NCBI GenBank assembly: GCA_000934665.2 | Contig: KZ538719.1 | Span: 1 to 51,973, forward strand | Direction of reading: 5' to 3' | DNA from: Catajapyx aquilonaris | Taxonomy: Eukaryota | DNA: 51,973 nt | Shown: positions 45,480-51,973 of the stretch, in pieces | Numbering within the stretch: the stretch's first letter is position 1 | Layout: each line of letters begins with the position of its first letter | Position numbers and translations under genes: made by a program | The notes under the pieces: generated by a model | Database searches by the model: none | Seen by the model: the letters and a program-made list of their open reading frames with translations, nothing else | Told to the model about the DNA's origin: nothing

Positions 45480-48300
45480 TTCATATAGGCAATGTGTGGA
45501 GAGAAAAAACACAAATTAAAGTGGAAGCAGGGCCCAAGGATGTAGGGAAAAAAAGTCTATAAGTGAGGACATGGACAGGGTCAACTGGTGAGATTTTTTT
45601 TTTGTTTTTAATTTTTTTAAAGAAATCTATGATATGTGTAAAGAGGTTGTCTCCTTTTCTACGCATGTGTGTGCATGTGTGTTTGAGGGTGTATATGTAC
45701 AGATGATACCTATGATGTGTGGGGGATAAAACAAAAGTTGGGAAGTTCACTGTGTGAGGTCTTGATGTAAAGCTTTTCTTCCTTTTTTAAAAAGAAAAAA
45801 AAAAATCCAGCTAAATGTTTTTAAATACGCAATTTTTACTCACGTGAGAAATAACGACGAAGAAGTCTTTTCTATCATTTGACATGTAAACATGTTTAAA
45901 TGTAACTCTCATTAGCAAGTGAATTTTTAACCATTTTGCTCAATCACCGGTTTACAAGAAAAGTAATGGCAATTGTGTCAATCAGAGCTGGTCGCTTTTG
46001 GTGCGTGTTTTCCCCGCTCAGTATCCCAAAAAGAAATGAAGGCGTAAGGCTTTTTTTTTACAAAGTAAATTATTTCTTTGATTGGTGCGAGTGAGGAAGT
46101 AAAACTAATTGAAATAATTACAGTAGTAAATAATAAAGGAAAGAGAAGTGCGACCACAGGAGCCTAGAGCAAAGTGCCTCTCGAGTCGCGCTAATTTTTT
46201 AGCCAATGTGCAAGGCCAACGAAGAATTCCTGCTCTCCCTGCCCATTTAAAAGAGTTTATTGTTCTTTGGTGGAAATTTTTATTTTGACAGGAGAGAAAA
46301 GGGGATTCATCATGTATGAGTGAGTGAGAGTGAATACATGGGGGTGACAAAAAAATGTGACAGGTGTCCATTTGTGTTCACAATTTTTTCTAATGGGGGA
46401 GGGTGGGGGGCAAAAAACTGGTTGTCATGTTTGTTTGTTTGTTTATGTGACAAGGAGGCATCAATGTTCCTTTATAAGTGTGTGGGATGTGTCTGACGGA
46501 TGAAGGAGGTTAATAGGAACGGGGGCAAAAAAGTAAGATGAAACTCCACAATACACCAATAGTGGACACAACAACATACACATACACTGTACACGGAAAG
46601 GCTTTCCCGCTTGACAACACGAGGTTAGAATAGTCTCCGTGCTCTTGTCTTTTTATACCCGAAGAACGGACCTTGTGTCACGTCTTCCAGTGTTGCATTT
46701 TTTTGGCTTTTAGTCTAGTCTCTCCCCCCACTCCCCCTGCCCCAACCCTTTAAAAAAATGCACCCAGACCTTACAACATCGTTTACACGCCCTGCATTAA
46801 ATAACGGAGGTTCACAAGGACAGCTGACCTCAACTTTTCCCAATTCCAGGGAAAAGTATTTGTGCCATTTTTTTAATTATTTAAGAGGTATGAAGATGGG
46901 ACTTCAATGTGAGAAAAGTGACTATGTGAGTTAAGTGTGGGACAACAAAAATCACATGTACAATTCCTTACCACCCCATGTTATTATTTTCTTTTTTAAT
47001 TTCTATAAATGGTTTTCCATTTCTTTTTGTAAATGCCCAAAGGACAGTTTCGCAGCTGAAAATTGCACTCGTGTATACCTTTAACAAAGAAGTGTAAGCT
47101 TAAGAGACTTTTTTGCACTTGGGCCAGCACATACCCTGGTGTGCATGGGTGAGCGTGCATGCGTGTGAAACCTATAATGTACGCACACATGTGAGGAGGG
47201 GGGAGGAAACGGAGTGTGTGAGTATAAAGGCGAGTGCTGGCCCTCTTTTACAATACTTGTGCGCGCGTGCGATGTGTGTTTAAAAAATATTGTTCTGCGT
47301 ATGTGTGTGTGCGTGCGAGTGCGTAACCTCCCCAGGCACTGCTCAATGCCCCTCCCCATCCTTTCTCCCTACCTCTGCTCCTCCCAAACACCTTTTGGTC
47401 TTTATGTAATTTTTTGAGAGGAGGGATAGTCCATGCCTTCCATTTTAAGTTATTTTTTTTAACTCGTTCCTTTTTTTGGAAATTTGTCATATATTTTTTT
47501 TGGCAAAAGCAAGCAAAGGAAAGCAAGGATATGATCCTATCCAGTATTACACTTGTGGCTTGTAAGCTCTTGGACTGATTTTTCTGGTTCCTTATTGTGG
47601 ATCACCCTCCTCCCATCAACTCCCCCCTCCCCAACCCCTCTCCTCTTTATCCATCTTTCATGTGCACAATTTTTCTTCCATGGAGTCAAAGGACCAACAA
47701 TGCCCTCTTTAATAATTTTCCTCCCTTTCCCCCCTTGCCCCATTTGTGATTTGTAATTGTGTGAAACTAATGGCAATCGACATGCTGGTCTGGGAATCAA
47801 CCTTTCATTTTGCCACAATGTATTTAATGTTGGCAACAATTTGACAATTTTTAAGCAATAGTAGTGTATGTAAATCCCCCAATCCCCAGTATTCCTAACA
47901 AAGAAAAAGAGAAAAAAAAAATGATTCAGGAAGAGGTGTACCATGCGTTTTTTTCCAAATGACTGTATCCCTCCTGAAGACATCTGTGTACATATTTGTA
48001 TCAAGGAGGTTAAGCGTGGTTAGGACTTTGTTTTTAATTTTTTAAATTTTTTGGATAATTATTGTATAATTTTCTACCTGGCCCCATCCTCCATATATCC
48101 TTTCCTCCCCTCCAAAGACTGTAAGTGTGCTGTACATAATTGTGTAACAAATCTGTGAAGTGGTGGGCATAAGCAGTGTACCTGTCCATGAGCTTTTTAT
48201 ATTATGTGTGAAACTTCGTTGATGGCATGTGTGAAAAATTGGAACTCGCCACACATAATTTCATTGTAAGCAAATGCTCAGTGTTTCGTCCGATAAAAAA
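45480..48300 (+). other. Putative long Plexin A 3'UTR
   Basis: U/UG-rich and CpG-poor after the stop codon. AATAAA at 46132-46137, variant GATAAA at 48292-48297 followed by a T-rich tract, and Pumilio-type TGTACATA at 47987-47994 and 48131-48138. The 3' end is inferred. Confidence 0.55.
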
Positions 48301-48699
48301 ATAATTTTTTAAGGACAACTCTCGTTTTATTTTTATGACCAGTTACAACTCCCTTGATCCAGGAAAGGCCTTTGAAGAACCCAGTGGATACAATTTTGCT
48401 GCACTGCGCGTGGTTCAATCCGTCCCGCGCCTTGCTCGCGTGTAGTTGCGGAAATGACCATGCGAGACGTGCGCATTTCCTCAATATTTCAGACAGAAAT
48501 TGCATCAGGCCGTCGCTTCAGAAAAAAAAACAGGCCTGGTTTTAAATCAGGTCAGTCTGAAGAAATAGTCTGAATCCATCACAACGAGTGAATGCCCAAA
48601 CCATGGCCCAAACCAACGGAAAGAAATGTAGATGGGCGCCAATTTAAAACCAGATGGTAAATATTTTAATGTCCTTTTTTCCAGACTTGGTTTTGGAAG

Positions 48700-49483
48700 A
48701 TGGGAGGACAGAAGTTCCAGTGTGACGAGAGTGGAAACACTTTCGTTTACTTTGTGCTCTCCTTCCTCATCTTGGCTCCAGGCACGTACTATCTGTGGCC
48801 GCAAAGAGATGAAAAAGAAGGTAACGCACTGTACGAAAAGGGTTTAATTTAGTGTGGTAATGTTGCACTTTTTGGCAGATCCGGATTGGAAAAAGGACGA
48901 GTGTAGGTGTCAAGGATGCGTACAGAAGGACGGAAATACTTCTATGGGTCGAGCCGAAGAAGCGGACAAAGCGGATAACTACGTATGGATATGGCTGTAA
49001 TTACATAGCAATTGGTGCTTACATATGTAATTTCAGGTATGGCATGCTCACATTTGGCTGGCTAGTTTTCTTCGCAATTGCGTACGAAGTGGCGCAGTTT
49101 GACTATGAGCACGCAAACTTCGACCCATACAAAATACTCAATGTGGATCCTGTAAGTCCGTTTCAATCCCTGCTAATTCTGATTGTACGAAGTTTATCGC
49201 ATGCCAAGATTAAGAAGGCGTACAGGAAGCTATCGCTGATTTACCATCCGGATAAGGAGACTGGCAACGAAAAGACTTTCATGAAGCTGACCAAAGGTTA
49301 GTCCAGTTTTTAATCTGACTTGATCGGCCTTACTAACAAATGGCGATTGCAGCTTATCAGGCATTAACTGATGAGGAAGCGAGGATGAACTGGGAGAGGT
49401 ATGGAAACCCAGACAGACCCGGAGCCATGAGCTTTGGAATTGCACTTCCATCCTGGATTGTGGAGAAGAAAAACTCAGTCTGG
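48700..49483 (+). pseudogene. SEC63: SEC63 (ER translocon J-protein) unprocessed 5' fragment, probable pseudogene; exons 48700-48820, 48879-48982, 49037-49151, ~49191-49296, 49353-49483
   Basis: Translates as MGGQKFQCDESGNTFVYFVLSFL...TYYLWP, FGWLVFFAIAYEVAQFDYEHANFDPY, IKKAYRKLSLIYHPDKETG and AYQALTDEEARMNWERYGNPDRPGAMSFGIALPSWIVEK, all SEC63 signatures. Exon 2 is 104 nt where phase needs 103 or 106 (frameshift). Intron 3 ends in CGA rather than AG. The next exon (VLGLY...) is not in the window. Confidence 0.88.
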
Positions 49484-49917
49484 GTCAGTTGATATCCCGT
49501 GAAGTAGAGGAAGATAATTAACATCTTATCTTTTTTATTAACTGCTTTTGGCTGGATGGCACGAGCGTTGACCCAGTTGCTGTTGGTCTGTGCGAAAAAT
49601 AGCAAGGCAATTTTGCTCATATTATGCGGTGTTATTGTGAAAAGTAATCTGCAATTCAGCAGAAACTAGTCTGTCGAAGAATATTTGTCATATCCTAGAG
49701 AAAAACTTTCCAAAAATCTCTGCTGTAAGTAATCCTGTTCAGTACAAAAATAATTTCATAGCAGTGACCAGGGAAGAGATAGAAAGGGAAGCGACACTGA
49801 GAAGTTTGGCTGTGACCGCCAAGATGGCGCAGCTGCTGTTTTCCCCTGGCGGAGAGAGGTTCACAACCACTCCAATACCACACCTTTGTTAAAACAGAGT
49901 CAATTGAACTATTTCAG

Positions 49918-51615
49918 TAACTTCAACTAAACGAGGAGCATGCAACAGTCAAGATGAAAATCCTCCCAGCACTGGACCAAGTCGTGCAACACACAGGACT
50001 TGCCGCCGACTGATGAGGATGAGGACGAGGATGAGGACGACTCTGAGACAAGTGCGAGGGAGGCTCTACCAAGCTGACAAAACAGTAAAATGACTGGGTG
50101 GATGGATGGTTACAGCTGCAGCAGAAGACAGTTGGGAGCACCAAGAACTGCTTAAACTTTAAAACAAGTACCTACCACAGCGCTTTGCAGACAGGGTGAC
50201 CACGATTAGCCACTTGTAAACCTAAGGGTCGAAGGTGTAGTGACAAGGACAAGGGTTTTTCATTAGACATGTTTTATCACAGTCCAGCAGCCTATAGACA
50301 ACTGTCCCAAACCTGTACTGTACCCAGTGAAAGAACTCTACAGGCTACCGCGTTGGCTTTCCTGTATTCCCATGCAGTCAGGACTGTTACCTGTGGTCCT
50401 GACGGCATTGGAGAGGAAAATACCCACAATGGCAGAGAGAGACAAAGTGTGTGTGCTTGTTGTTGATGAAATGCGTATAAAATCTGGCCTTTCATACAAC
50501 CCAACCAAGGACTGCGTGGAGGGCTTTGCAAGCCCATCAGCTGTTCCTTCTCAGTGTAGGTCTGTGGCAAACCAGGCAACTGTGCTAATGGCTAAAGGTC
50601 TCTTTGAGAAGTGGAAACAACCGCTGGGGTATTTTTTCAGTGCAAGTTCTATGCCAGGAAATGATTTACATAAGATGTTGCAGGACTGCATTGAAAAGAT
50701 CTCCAGCATAGGTCTGAAGGTGAAGGTGGTCATTTCTGACCAAGGTTCCAACAATTTAAGGGCCTTTAGCTTGTTCGGCATCAGCTTACAGACTCCATAT
50801 ATTGTCCACAATGGTGAAAAAATTTACTTCATACATGATCCCCCCCCCCAATTTACTCAAAAACCTCAGAAATAATTTGAGAAATCATGATTTGTCTTTT
50901 GGTGGACGTATTGTCAAGTGCAAATATATTGAAACCATCTGTGAGCGTGATGCCAAGCAGTCCGCCAGGAGATTGCTGCCACGAATTACACCATTACACT
51001 TGTTGCCCAGCCACAGGAAAAAAATGAAGGTGCGCTTGGCAGCTCAGGTTCTCAGTTACTCCATGGCAGAGGCCATGGAGACGTATGTTGGGCTCAATTG
51101 CCTACCACCAGAAGCAGCCTTTACTGCTGAGTGGCTGGAGTTAGTTGATAAGTTGTTTGATTCTGTAAATAGTTCGAAGGTGTATGATAACTTGAAGCCA
51201 GCAAAGGGTGCATTGAGGGACAATTCAATGCACCTTGCTTTTTGGCAACAGGTGAGAGAATCATTGAACACCTGGAAATTTCTTGGAATTAGTAGGCAAC
51301 CTGACTGTCTGAAAGGGTGGAAGTTAACACTGCAAGTCCTTCCAGAGCTGTGGTCCGAGTTGCAACTTTTTCCAGATGTACGGCATTTGCATTGTTGTAG
51401 GCTAAATCAGGACACTCTGGAACACCTGTTTGGGGTAATTCGTGTGAAGCTGGGTGGGAACAAGGACCCTACACCTGTTCAGTGACTTATGGGGTTTTTG
51501 CAAGAAAGTCTTCGCATTAATATCAAGGTCCAGAACAAACGTTGACTCTGAAAATTTCTGTGGGTTCATGACATCCCGTCATGCCATGGAATCACAGTCA
51601 TTTCAAAACATTTAA
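49918..51615 (+). mobile_element. Degenerate P-element/THAP9-family transposase gene (DNA transposon remnant)
   Basis: Motifs KPKGRR..DK.FSL..FYHSPAAYR...PSERTLQ/RWL, CVLVVDEMRIK (first catalytic D), WKQPLGYFF, VISDQGSNN (second D), DPPxLLKNLRNN, KMKVRLAAQVLS, DKLFDSVNS and RLNQDTLEHLFGVIR (catalytic E). In-frame stops at 50091, 50160 and 51483; frameshifts at ~50203, 50344-50350 and 50840-50850. The end coordinate is approximate. Confidence 0.92.
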
Positions 51616-51973
51616 GCTATTTTGTGACATAGAAAAATGAGCCAGGAGTGTGAACTTTTTATTTCCGGTAAAACACGGGGCACACTTTGTAGTGATTCAG
51701 CAAGGTCATGTCAGATGAATAAATCGTTTCAAAAATGTTGTTTTATACCTTCAACTATGTACAATTTAATTATAGTATTGAAACTTGTCTAATATTAATG
51801 ATAAAATTGTAAGAAAATATAACATGCTTTAAAATTAGATCGGGACATGCCAAGAATATAGTGATTTTAGACCTTCAGACATTTTTTGCAGTAAAACTTA
51901 ATTTAATATATTTCTTCGTTTTCATGGGGATGGCAATGAGGTGTCAAAGGAGGGCACAAGAGAAGTAATACAA

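Noticed and set aside
45477..45488. Stop-codon readthrough of Plexin A
   Set aside because: TGA is followed by T rather than the leaky C context, and an in-frame TAG comes two codons later.
49353..49920. Functional SEC63-transposase fusion protein
   Set aside because: The exon 5 donor is phase 0 and meets TAA at 49918, and both partners carry frameshifts or stops upstream and downstream.

Overview
Eukaryotic (arthropod-type) genomic DNA with three recognisable units, all on the + strand. (1) The 3' ~three-quarters of a Plexin A gene: 14 coding exons from 20290 to 45479, all GT-AG and phase-consistent, summing to 4446 nt (1481 aa + stop). They encode the end of the Sema domain, PSI and IPT/TIG repeats, the transmembrane helix and the split Ras/Rap-GAP domain with its RBD insert. 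No upstream plexin exon was found, so 1-20289 is most likely one very long intron. A long U-rich putative 3'UTR follows (45480 to ~48300). (2) An intron-containing but damaged 5' fragment of SEC63 (48700-49483; two TM segments plus the HPD J-domain). It has a frameshift, a lost splice acceptor and a run of CpG-type G>A substitutions at conserved residues. (3) A decayed P-element/THAP9-type transposase (~49918-51615) with several frameshifts and stops. The introns hold a 10-bp-periodic TCGA array that is probably a pogo/Tc1-type MITE, a tiny CAGGGTGT-ended MITE, a tRNA-Glu-like relic, hairpins, microsatellites and an assembly gap. The most interesting observations are the SEC63 fragment next to the P element (possible gene capture), a candidate alternative Plexin A C-terminus ending in a CaaX-like CVVI, and the abrupt intron-size/CpG switch inside the plexin gene. 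I found no convincing evidence of a wholly new biological system. Nearly all short ORFs in the track are noise.
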